From Octopus sinensis (taxonomy: Eukaryota), in the NCBI RefSeq assembly GCF_006345805.1, contig NC_043017.1, positions 14,384,001-14,448,000 of the forward strand: a DNA stretch of 64,000 bases. The letters run 5' to 3'. This document shows, in pieces, positions 26,824-37,756 of the stretch. The notes under the pieces are model-generated. The model made no database searches. It worked only from the letters and a program-made list of their open reading frames with translations, and was not told the DNA's origin. Position 1 is the stretch's first letter, and every line of letters starts with the position of its first letter. The position numbers and the translations under genes are program-made.

Positions 26824-29184
26824 ATATATGTATGTATATATATAAAGTGACACACATACACTCTCTCTCTCCTAAGTTTTGACAAATTATCCTAGGATTT
26901 GGTTTTCTCTCTCTCTCTCTCCACACACACACACGAAGGGAGAGGGAGGTGGGGAGTCTTTGCAACATTTGAAATCAGAGCATTAGATTCATGAGAAATT
27001 TGTCTCCAATATACAATTTAACAAGCTGTGCACTTGTTCATGTAGTTATCTCACTGAAATAACCATCTTTATTTCAGTTGGGAAGGTTGCCAAAAGGATT
27101 AGGTTTTGAGAAACAAGATCCTGGTACCTAAATCAATATGCATTTTAGTGGTGGAAAGATTTAGCTACTGCCTCTGATGTATTAGTTAGTCAAATAGTTC
27201 AGTATTGATTTGTTATTAATTAGTAAAACAATAGGGCTTTGGGGAATTAAACAGACACAGGTGCACCTTGTTAAGTCAATAACACTTAAGAGTGCATTTT
27301 ATTTCAAAGTTCCCACTAAATTAAAAAAGAAATAATCTTAGATTCGTTAAGATCTCATAATCATGAAACAATACAAAATAAAATAAATGAAGAAATAGAA
27401 TTCGTTTTGCCTTAAAAAAAACTTTCTGAATGCTCTTGTTAGACACAGTCTCAGTTTTATGACTTACTTCCCCTGTCTCTTTCTCTCTCTCTATCTATAT
27501 ATATATGTGTGTGTATGTGTGTGTGCGTGTGTGTATACAGAGAGGGAGAGAGAAGAGAGAGAGAGGAAGAGAGAGAGAGGAAGAGAGAGAGAGGAAGAGA
27601 GAGAGAGAGGAAGAGAGAGAGAGGAAGAGAGAGAGAGGAAGAGAGAGATATGTCTTCATAATGTTCATTTGTTTTTACTTTCATCTGAGCAGGTTTGGGC
27701 TTCTATTAAAATCCTTTTAATGTCCACTTTTCCATGCTTGCATGGATCAGATGGGATTTATTGAGGCAGATTTTCTATGGCCAGATGCCCTTCTTGTCAC
27801 CAACCCTTATTTGTTCTGAAGCTCTTTCCCTATGATCAGACATTTTGAATGAATTTTGGAAATGAATGACATTCACTCACTATGATTACTTGATATCAAG
27901 GCAAGAAGACACACACACACAAGTAATGTTGGAAAACATGATTTTGTTAAAGACAAAAATCATAAGACATGTAAACATTTCTTTTTACTGATACTCTGCC
28001 AACATCAAATACCAAATGCAATAAAAATCCCAGTGGAGGACTTTTAAAAGTGGGCAGCAAAACAATTGCCATCTCCTTCCTATTTTGCTGAATGACAGGC
28101 TGTTAGAAACAGATCCGGGAATTTGTTGATATTTCTGCACCAGATTTCAATCCCAAACCCTTGGATTTATGTGTGAACAAGGTAACAATTACATGTCCTA
28201 GATCAGTATCTAACACTGATATGGCCAGCACATTTAACTTAGTTTTTGTGAATTCTCATTTGCAAGAACCTGTCTGCCAAACTGAACGTGGATTGTGTTA
28301 TGTACAGCAGGTCATGGACAGAATTTTCTTCACTGTTTAGAAAATGGTGTAAAATGGCTTTCATTAAAACAGGAAGTTGATCACAAAATAGTGATTATAA
28401 TATAAAACAAACTTCCACATCATAAGATGCTAGTGTATAAATCTTATTCAAATCCTATAACTTCTGTCTTATTCTAAGTTTGCATTCCTTTCTCACTGAG
28501 ATTTGAAGAGTAATATAAACCTGACAAAAAAGTCAGTTGTAAAGCAAATGCAGTTTGAACAATGAAAAAGAGGTATCCCCCCCCTAATTGGGCTCTATGT
28601 ATATTGCTAATGCAGCAGTTACTGCTATATGCAGTAGCCAGGTATCTACCAGTGAAAAGGCCAAAAGAGGTCTAAATCATGTGATCTGGAAATAGTGGTG
28701 ATTGTCTGCTGCTGGTGATAGCTATGATGTGCTTTTATGGATCTCTTGTAATGTTTGTGTGTTCGAATGCACCATTCACTTTTAAGTGGTGAATATTTTA
28801 ACTTATACTCCCACACACACACGAGTTTTAATTTTCCATCCACTAAATCTATTCACAAGGCTTTGTTCTGCTCCTAGTTATAGCAGAAGACACAGTTCTG
28901 TCTCACTGTAAAGCTCCTTGCCTAAGAAGCTTTACAGTGAGACAGAACCCCAAAAGTGTGTGGTTGGGAAGCAAATGTCTTAAACCACACAGCCATGCCT
29001 GGTTGTTGTTCTTATGACTTTCATGAAGTCCTCTAACAACTGAGACATCAACATGGTGGATGGCCCTTCACTCACATGACTTACGTCAACCTAAGGCTAT
29101 AGTAGCGAACTCCACAGCTACATGCTGATAAGTGTGTAGCAATGTAAATGAATGATTAATAATATGTGTCTAGGAAACACCAGA

Positions 29185-29468
29185 TATTTCCAAATGAATA
29201 GGGAGCAAAAAGTATTTCTAAATTTATAAGAAAAAAATAGATATTTCTGAATGAAATAGGAAGAATGGATATTTCTAAATGCATTAGAAATTATATTTTG
29301 AAATGTATAGGAAGAATAGTTATTTATAAATGTATAAGGAGAATAGTTATTAATAAATGTAAGGGAAGCAATAGTTATTTGTAAATGTATAGGAAGCAAT
29401 AGGCATTTCCAAATGTATAGTAAATATAGGCATTCATAAATGTATAATAAGCAATAGGCACTTCTAAA
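29185..29468. repeat. Degenerate ~27-28 bp minisatellite, about 10 copies
   Basis: Unit approximately AAATGTATAGGAAGMAATAGDTATTTHT. Confidence 0.85.
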
Positions 29469-29529
29469 GCAAAAGGTTTTCATAAGGTTGAAGAATGAAA
29501 TGTAAAATGAAGAAATGGGATTCACTTAC

Positions 29530-29635
29530 CAGCTGGACTGCTAGAGGCGTTTTGTCATTATTGGGAAGATGTTCTTCCAGAGCCAACACGATACAATTCG
29601 CAATGATAGTCAATAAGACCATGTATTCAAATGGC
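29530..29635 (-). CDS. Cav2: Cav2 calcium channel alpha-1, exon ~2 (IS1): [35 protein letters not shown]
   Basis: 106 bp. U12-type acceptor (TTTCCTTAACaactgtttcAC|G CCA TTT GAA), donor CTG|gtaagt, phase 0 into the next exon. Peptide is the conserved Cav IS1. Confidence 0.96.
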
Positions 29636-29656
29636 GTGAAACAGTTGTTAAGGAAA
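29636..29656 (-). promoter_or_regulatory. U12 (minor spliceosome) branch site and AC 3' splice site
   Basis: Minus strand TTTCCTTAAC (29656-29647), then 11 nt ending in AC directly before the exon. No AG or polypyrimidine tract at the junction. Confidence 0.93.
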
Positions 29657-31394
29657 TAATGGTTTATACACATGGAACATTGAATGACAACAGGAAGATG
29701 ACTGTTGTTATTGGAAATATATAAAATAATAATGAATTAAAATAGAATATAAATAATATATAATAAAGATAGGGATATAAATATATTAATAAAAAAAAAT
29801 AATTAAAATATATTTATCAGCTGTTTTAGTGAAGGTGTGTGTAAATCAAAGAATTAATGACATAAACCATGAATGAGAGAAAACAGACCAAGCTGAAGAC
29901 ATGGACCAAAATTAGAGAAACATATTTCTGTGAGAAAATATTGAAGTTAAATGCCAGGTGACAAAGCCATACCGAAGAAAGCATTATTAAAAATTTGACA
30001 GGGTTATATAATGTTTAATCTTAAAAACAAATGTGATTGAAAGTTATACAAATGTTTGGCATATATGACCATACATTATGGTGAACCAGGAAATAATCAA
30101 TAGAAAAAAAATTGAGGAAAATATGAATAATGATTTATGATTAAGTGAGGGAGGAAATTTTATTGAAGATTGCTATAAACCTGTCTCATACATGGCAAAA
30201 TATTTTCACAGAATTCAGAGTATCTCACACCATCTTTCTCAATAAGTCAAATTCCTAATAGGAATGGGGGAGTGTTCTTCAAGACAAGGGTTCCTGGCCT
30301 TCTTCCATTAACCTCTGCTAACATTTTCAAAGTAAATTTCCTCTCATTGTTTTGCTTAGTAATTAAAGTTTACATTTCTAACCATGATAAAACAACTAAC
30401 AAAGAGGAAATTTAAAATAACTTTTTCAACATTTTTAAGTTCAAGTAACAATAAAAATAACACACAACAATGTTATTTCACTAATGAATGAATGAATTAT
30501 AAACAGACACCAAAGCCAAACAGTCTTTGAATTCGTTGGCTTCATTAACAACACAGTAATTAACAAATATATATCACAAATCAGCACACACAAAATCTTT
30601 TTAAGTTGAGTAATTCCCTGTTACTTAGTACTCAGAGTAGCACCACATTTACTCATGAGTATACTGTGAAAAATTAAATAGAAAATGTCAAGGTCAAACT
30701 GAAGGTTAGAGAGTATTATACTGGGGATGGGGTGGGGGTAAATAAATAGGGAGAAGAGAAACTATATTTATAAAGTGGCTGATGATGATAATGATGATGA
30801 TGATGATGACTGTAACAAATGTCAGTGGGTCTTTGTCAGCCTCATTTTCATATTGAAACCTGACCCTGTCCAGATATAAAATGAGGTCAAGAGTATTGGA
30901 GTTGGGTTAAAAAGGAGTTGATGGGGGGGGGGTCTTGCATCGAAGATATGTCTAAAATGGCCAAAGACACACTCGTCAAGGAGAACCAAAAGATGAGAAA
31001 GACTAAAGGGTTTATTACTTACTTGAAGGTTGGACATAAAAATATAGGGTACTAACCCTCTTATCAGTTTGGAACATATTTTCTATCGATTCTGGAAACC
31101 TGGGGACATAGATTAACCCTTTGGAAGCAGAATTTGGAAGACAATAAGACCATAATTCTGTGTGTGTGTGTGTGTGTATAACAGAATGGACTAAGCAGAG
31201 AAAGGGCACACACAAGGATGGAAAGTGTTGCTGAAGAGATCACAGATATATGACAAAAGATTTCTGGACAATGGACACGAGAATAAGAACAGTAATAAGT
31301 GAGTGAAGAATAAATATATAGTGTGTGTGTTTATTTGGCAACGCAGGAAAAAAAAATGATGCAGGAGTGGCTGCATGGTAAGAAGCTTGCTTCC

Positions 31395-33408
31395 GGTTGA
31401 ACAGTGAAGACGTCGAGCTTTGAGCTCCGTCCTAAAAGAAAAAAGAACAAAAGCAGTGTTTTTCACGCACCTGTTGAAGTCGTCACGCTGGTATGCAGCT
31501 GGCGAAAGTTGAACTGAAAGACACTCTACCGTTAGGTAAGACTTTTTGCTTTTTGAGTCCAGTAGGATTTGTTGCCTGTTCGTTTTATTTTTATGAACAG
31601 GTAAGTATTCCTTACTGGATTCGGAGCTTTTTGTCTGCCTTGCGGTGGACACGTGTGTGTTGTCTCACATAATTGTGAGAAATTGTATTTCAAATTTTTG
31701 TGCCCACGTGGATTAAAAGAATTGGCCAGGAGTACCTTTCGGCCGGAAATTTATTTCTTTGCCTGGATTTGAACTCTCTTTTCACAGCTATCATTTATTT
31801 AAAAAAAAAAACTTTATTTGAACTGTTAATTTTATTTTTTCTTCCCTTCTGTTGTGTCTTCTTTTGTTTTTTTGTGTATCTTTCTTTATTTGAAAACGTA
31901 TTGATGAACTGTATTTGAACTTTTATTTTTAAAAAAATGGCAAAGGAAATATTAGTGTGGGAATTAACACCTCCCAAATCATGGCTAAAAGAGCTCGAAA
32001 GGAAGACGGTGCTGTTGAGGACTTATTCAAAGTCGCTCGATACCATAACCGTCTTCCCGAAAGCCACAATTTTGAAAGAGCTGGCAGAATACATGCCAGC
32101 TATTAAATTTATTTCATGGGGAGTCAAATTTGCAACGGTCTGGTTGCTATTTAACGCCCCCAAAGAAGCTTGCGATTTTGCAAGCCGGCCCCTCGAGGGG
32201 AAGGAAATAATGTTTCTTCCCAGTTATTGTGGGAAGAAGTTAACGAGGGCTTGGATCTGCGGCTTGCCACCCGGAATTGAGCCCAAGTGGATAGAGGACT
32301 CTATCCGCCGGGGTCTGGGTGGTAGCAGTACCAAGCTGCTCAACATAAAAATTTTGCCTGCGGCTGATTGGGAGGGGTCAAAAGCTGTGTTGACCCTATG
32401 GACCCAATCAGCTGAAAGTCTGGTTTTCCCAGATTTTTTGAGGATGGCCGGGTCTAGGTATCCGGTGATGCTCGAGGGACGCCCCCCCCCAAGTGTCACC
32501 TGTGCCTGTAGACCGGCCACATCAAGAAAAACTGCCCCAAGGACCAAAATAGGATCCTGGAGTAGTTAACAGAGGAACCACTCCCTGCTCCCTCAATGGA
32601 GGGAGAGAAGGAGGAGGATGTCGAGGAGGTGGAAACCTCCTCAAAAAAACGAAAGCGAAAGGTGGGCAAAGAACCCGAGAGATGTGGGAGAAAAGGAGGA
32701 CCTGCTGGACACAGCAAGGGAACACCACCCTCCTGTGGCCCAAGGGAAAAAGAAAAGAAAAAAGAAAAACGGGACATTGCCAGCGGGTTGTGACATGCTG
32801 CTGGCGTGTCCCGATTTTCCTTTGGTGGGTGTGCTGCTGGAGGAGGAATTTTTAGTCCTCTTCCACAAGGGAGGAACCTTGCAAAATGAAATCAAAAAAT
32901 TGATAGGAAGTGCCGGTGGGAGGGGCTTCTGTCCTACACGGAGAACCCTGAGTGGCCTTCGCAGGTGGCTGCGGAGGTCTTATGGGAAAACGATCTGTGT
33001 AGGATAACGAACTACTTCCCGAAGGACTCCTTCAGATATATGTTGAAACCTTTAAGTTCGGAATGGACCAGGTGCTTCGATGAAGCAAGGAGCCTGGCCG
33101 GGCGGAAAATTGAAGAGGTGTATTACCTCAAAAAGAGACTAAAAATGCAAAAAGTGAGAGGATTATTGCCTCGTCTTTGTGTTTTATTTTAAATTTTGAA
33201 CTGTGTAAGAGGTTTATTGCCTCATTGTGCTTTAAAAAATAAAAAAGAAAAAAAGAACAATGTTTTTGAGAAGCGAAAGTCGGCGGGCGCTTTTCGTCTT
33301 CTCCCATCCTTATCATCCTTATATCATCATCGTTCATCCCATTAATGTCTCTGTCTAGCCCTCAAGCTTCTCTCTGTGTGCTGCCCTTGTGGCAAATTTA
33401 ATGAAATA
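31395..33408 (+). mobile_element. ORF1-only non-autonomous non-LTR retroelement (Tx1/L1-type ORF1 with CCHC knuckle)
   Basis: 15 bp TSD (AAGAAGCTTGCTTCC at 31380-31394; AAGAAGCTTGCTTTC at 33409-33423). ORF starts at 31937. CHLCL*TGHIKKNC at 32494-32535 follows a C9 frameshift. No RT or endonuclease seen. Confidence 0.78.
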
Positions 33409-33819
33409 AAGAAGCTTGCTTTCCAACCACATGGTTCTGGGTTCAGTCCCACTGTGTGGTACTTTGGGCAAGTGTCTTCTACTATAGCCTTGGGCCAACC
33501 AAAGCCTTGTGAGTGGATTTGGTAGACGGAACCTGAAAGAAGCCCATCTGAAAGAAGTATATATATATACATGTGTGTGTGTGTGTATATATATATATAT
33601 GTGTATGTATTTGTGTGTCCGTGTTTGTCCCCCACCATTGCTTGACAAATGATGTTGGTGCATTTTCATCCCCGTAACTTAGTGGTTCAACAAAAAAGAC
33701 TGACAGAATAAGTATCAAGCTTACAAAGAATAAGTCCTGGGGTTGTTTTGTTTGACTAAAGGTGGTGCTCTAGCATGGCCACAGTCAAATGGCTGAAACA
33801 AGTAAAAGAATAAAAGAAT
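33409..33819 (+). mobile_element. tRNA-derived SINE, family A (head split; first 34 bp at 31361-31394)
   Basis: A-box-like TGGCTGCATGGTAAG, B-box-like GGTTCAGTCCC, internal microsatellite. Many related copies in the window. Confidence 0.85.
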
Positions 33820-33845
33820 CTTGAAATACAACAATATATATATAT

Positions 33846-34240
33846 ATTCTTTTGTTTGTTTCAGTCATTTGACTGTGACCATGCTAGAGCACCACTTTTA
33901 GTTGAGCAAATTGACCCCAGGACTTATTCTTTGTAAGCCTAGTTCTTATTCTATCGGTCTCTCTTACCAAACCGCTAAGTTATGGGTTGTAAACACACCA
34001 GCATTGGTAGCCAAGCAATGTTGCGGGGACAAAAACAGACACACAAATGTAAATATATATATACACATATATACGACAGGCATCTTTCAGTTTCTGACTA
34101 CCAAATCCACTCACAAGCCTGTGGTTGGCCCGTGGCTATAGTAGAAAACACTTGCCCAAGGTGCCACATAATGGGACTGAACCCGGAACCATGTGGTGGT
34201 TGGTAAGCAAGTTACTTACCACACAGCTACACTTGCACCT
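33846..34240 (-). mobile_element. tRNA-derived SINE, family A, full length, inverted relative to its neighbour
   Basis: Reverse complement aligns along 33409-33819. Confidence 0.85.
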
Positions 34241-34380
34241 ATATATATATATATATATAAATTTAATTAGAGGATGTGTAAACCTCATGACAGGATAGTT
34301 TCATCCAATGAAATATTGGTTCAATACATATTAGTTTTGGGGAATGAATTTCCTCAAAATAATAGGTATATATAAAAACA

Positions 34381-34688
34381 TAGTTCATATTCATTTAAAA
34401 GAAGAAAAGAAAATGGAGATTTGGAAGTTAATAATTGTTTACCATTAACAGCAAATTGGTTGTCTTCACTTACAGCCGTTTCAATTATTACTCAATAAGC
34501 ATCAAGTTTACATTTATGTGACATGATCACAATATCATGTGCTCATGTCACATAAATGTAAATTTAACGTTTATTGAGTAATAATTGAAACGGCTGTAAG
34601 TGAAGACAACCAATTTGCTGTTAATGGTAAACAATTATTAACTTCCTAATCTCCATTTTCTTTTCTTCTTTTAAATGAATATGAACTA
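34381..34688. repeat. Long inverted repeat, ~146 bp arms, ~16 nt loop
   Basis: TAGTTCATATTCATTTAAAAG...TGTGACATGA / TCATGTCACA...TTAAATGAATATGAACTA, about 5 mismatches. Confidence 0.95.
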
Positions 34689-34721
34689 CATATATATATA
34701 TATATATTAATATATTAATAC

Positions 34722-34826
34722 TTAGCAGAAACAACAGAGTGACTCAAGCTCCGAGAGTTTTGTGCATTGGCACTTATCAAACACACAAAACTCTCAGACC
34801 TGAAGTCATTCTGTTGCTTCTGCTAA
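34722..34826. repeat. Inverted repeat, 43 bp arms
   Basis: TTAGCAGAAACAACAGAG...GAGAGTTTTGTG / CACAAAACTCTC...CTGTTGCTTCTGCTAA, about 6 mismatches. Confidence 0.9.
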
Positions 34827-35217
34827 ATAAAAATAAAAATATATATAAACCCATATTTTGAGTTCCATTTTTCCTGTTTGCATTGCCATACATATATACA
34901 TGTATATATATATATATATATATGTATGTATACACACACACACATACATACTATACATAAAAGTACTCATTCCAGAAATGGAGTAAGTTTGTTCTCTGTT
35001 GAACCGATCAACTATGGGATCAATTTAGAAATGTAATTATTGCATGAAGGATCTAGGATTCTCCAACCTTATCAGTAATGTGTGTAAGCTGGAATCAAAT
35101 GCCTAACTATCCATTACTTTTGTACCTTTTCAATAATACTCTGCAACAACATACCAATTTAACTTGGCAACTAAAGTTTGGATTTGCAAATTGGATTGTT
35201 GACAATTTGTTCGAGTA

Positions 35218-35314
35218 TGGATTGGCTGAGTTTCTACATCAATCACGGACCAGTTTTGTTACCCTGGATTGGCTGAATTTCTACATCAATCACGGACCAG
35301 TTTTGTTACCCTGG
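35218..35314. repeat. 47 bp tandem duplication
   Basis: TGGATTGGCTGARTTTCTACATCAATCACGGACCAGTTTTGTTACCC x2, 1 mismatch. Confidence 0.9.
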
Positions 35315-35432
35315 TTCATTTTCTTCTTCTCAGAGAACTTGTAAGTATTTTAAGCCTTTTTTCACTTGATACATATGCATGCACATGCCCACATGTGCGC
35401 ATACACAGAGTAAACTCTGAATCGAACAGAGG

Positions 35433-35476
<44 letters not shown>

Positions 35477-37667
35477 ATCAATCTGTCCCTCACTCGGTTT
35501 ATCTTTACAGTAGTAAACCCCCCCCCCCCAAAAAAAAACAGTGTTGTTTATGCATCACTTTTATGTCCCATGACTTTATGGTTTCACAAACAAGGATCAA
35601 AGAAATAAGTACCTGATTGAAATAAGAGGGGAGGCAATATGGTCCCTAAACATTTAATGGTGTTGCCCCAGCATGGCTACAGTGCAATAAGTGAAATAGA
35701 GAATAACAGTTTATTTATTAATGTTCTTTTGTCCATTGACTTCAGACATGTAAGATTTAGAAGAATAAGCTTATAAGTTATCAAAATTAAATTTTCTTTA
35801 CAAAGACAAAGAGATTGTTAAGAGAATGATGATATATTAAGACAATATTTCATTAAAAATTTAAATTAAGCAATTAAAAATTTAAAGCACAAAATATTAA
35901 AATAATAAATTTAAACAAATCTAAAATGTTAAATTAAAATTTCCTGAAGTTTTGAGCAAAATCATCATCATCATCATAATTTAACATCCGTTTCCCATGC
36001 TAGCATGGGTTGGATGGTTTGATGCGGTGCTGGCCAGCTGGAGAGCTGCCCATACTCCAATCATCTGTTGTAGCATAGTTTTTACAGCTGGATGCCCTTC
36101 CTAATGCCAACCCCTTTACAGAGTGTGCTGGGCACTTTTACATGCCACCAGCATCCTCTTCCTCCACATCGTCATTTTGGGGTTCATCCTTCCATGTTAA
36201 CAAGGATTATATATATAACAAGAATATATTTAGGCAATGTTCAACAGTTGAATGCCGACCATTTTAGTTTGTTCTCATGGCACAGAGATATGATGTTTCT
36301 CCTCTAAAAATCGAGAAACCAAAGAAACCATAGCTAAGCGAGAGAAGAAATGTTAATTAAAATTACTGCCAAAGGAGAAAGACTCATTAGCTTAATGAGG
36401 AATTCTGGTTATGAAAGACAAGGGAGACAAAACTGATTCCTAATCTCAAAAGACTTCTCATAAAGAAAAGAGATGTAATTTTGAAGAATGTGTTGAAGCA
36501 AAAGTAGTGGATGTGTAACGTTTGGGTAGATGAAGAATGGAGCAGAGATGAAATGAAAGAATGGTTGGAAGAGGAATTAGTGATAGGAAACAACAGAGAG
36601 GATTGTGTTGGTATAGTCATGTGATGTGTAAAGAGGTTGACAGCTGGAAGAAGAAATGGCAAATAATCCAAGAAGAAGAAACTTGTAAGAGAGGTAGTCC
36701 AAGAAAGACATGGAACGAAGTCAAGAATGCTGATCTGAGACAAAACTAGATCTTATAAAGGAGATGAGAAGAAACTGTCACAAGTAACAAGGAGCTGTGT
36801 TGCAGAAGACATTTCCAATCTTTACAAATATGGAAAAACAAATGTAAAATAATAATGATACACTCACCTAAAACAAATGATGGAGTAGGAAAAAATCAGG
36901 GAATTATCTCTGAATTCATCAAAAGAAAATGGAAGCTGATGTGAGTTGTTTAAGAAGCCACAGCTGTTTCAAATTTCTTTCTGACCCAAAAAGGACAGTT
37001 TTATCAACAGAGGAGACTGAAGACTACTTTAGCAACACACAAGTTGTTGTTGTTGTTGATGGTGTTAATTAGTTGAGAAGATAAGAAGACAATAATGTAG
37101 TAATAAAGCGTTTGGTATTTCATCCCAGATATGGAAACCTTGTTTTTTTACAACGGCTTAGTGAGAAGGAAAAGGACTGGTCTTCTGAAACTGTTGGGAG
37201 GGGATTATCTTCAGATTAGAGATATGGTCTGAATACCTGCAACCGAGTGAGCCCAGCTAAAAGTGCTGAAACCTGGTGATGGATTAATTCTACACAAACA
37301 GGAACAGTCTTACCCCCCCCCCCCAACAGATGCTCAAAGTGTTTGGCTGATATTACAGTCAAGCAACTACGAAGAATATCTGTAACTCATGGAATTCCTA
37401 ATTAAAAAATCAATGTTGCACTAACCAGACCTTAATGACTGTCATCCATGATATTATATATACAGATTCCAGGGAATAGAACATGGTTAAAAGGTTAGTG
37501 GAAGAACTTAAAATAGCAAAGACTTAATTAAGATGAGAAAGAGAAGATGGACAGGAGGAAGTAAACACTAAAATTTGAAGTCAATGTAGAAATAAATAAG
37601 CCATCAGATAAGTGTGTGCGTGTAGAGTATGAAGTGTGTGTATATATAACGAATAAGTGTGTACATG

Positions 37668-37710
<43 letters not shown>

Positions 37711-37718
37711 CACATACA

Positions 37719-37756
<38 letters not shown>

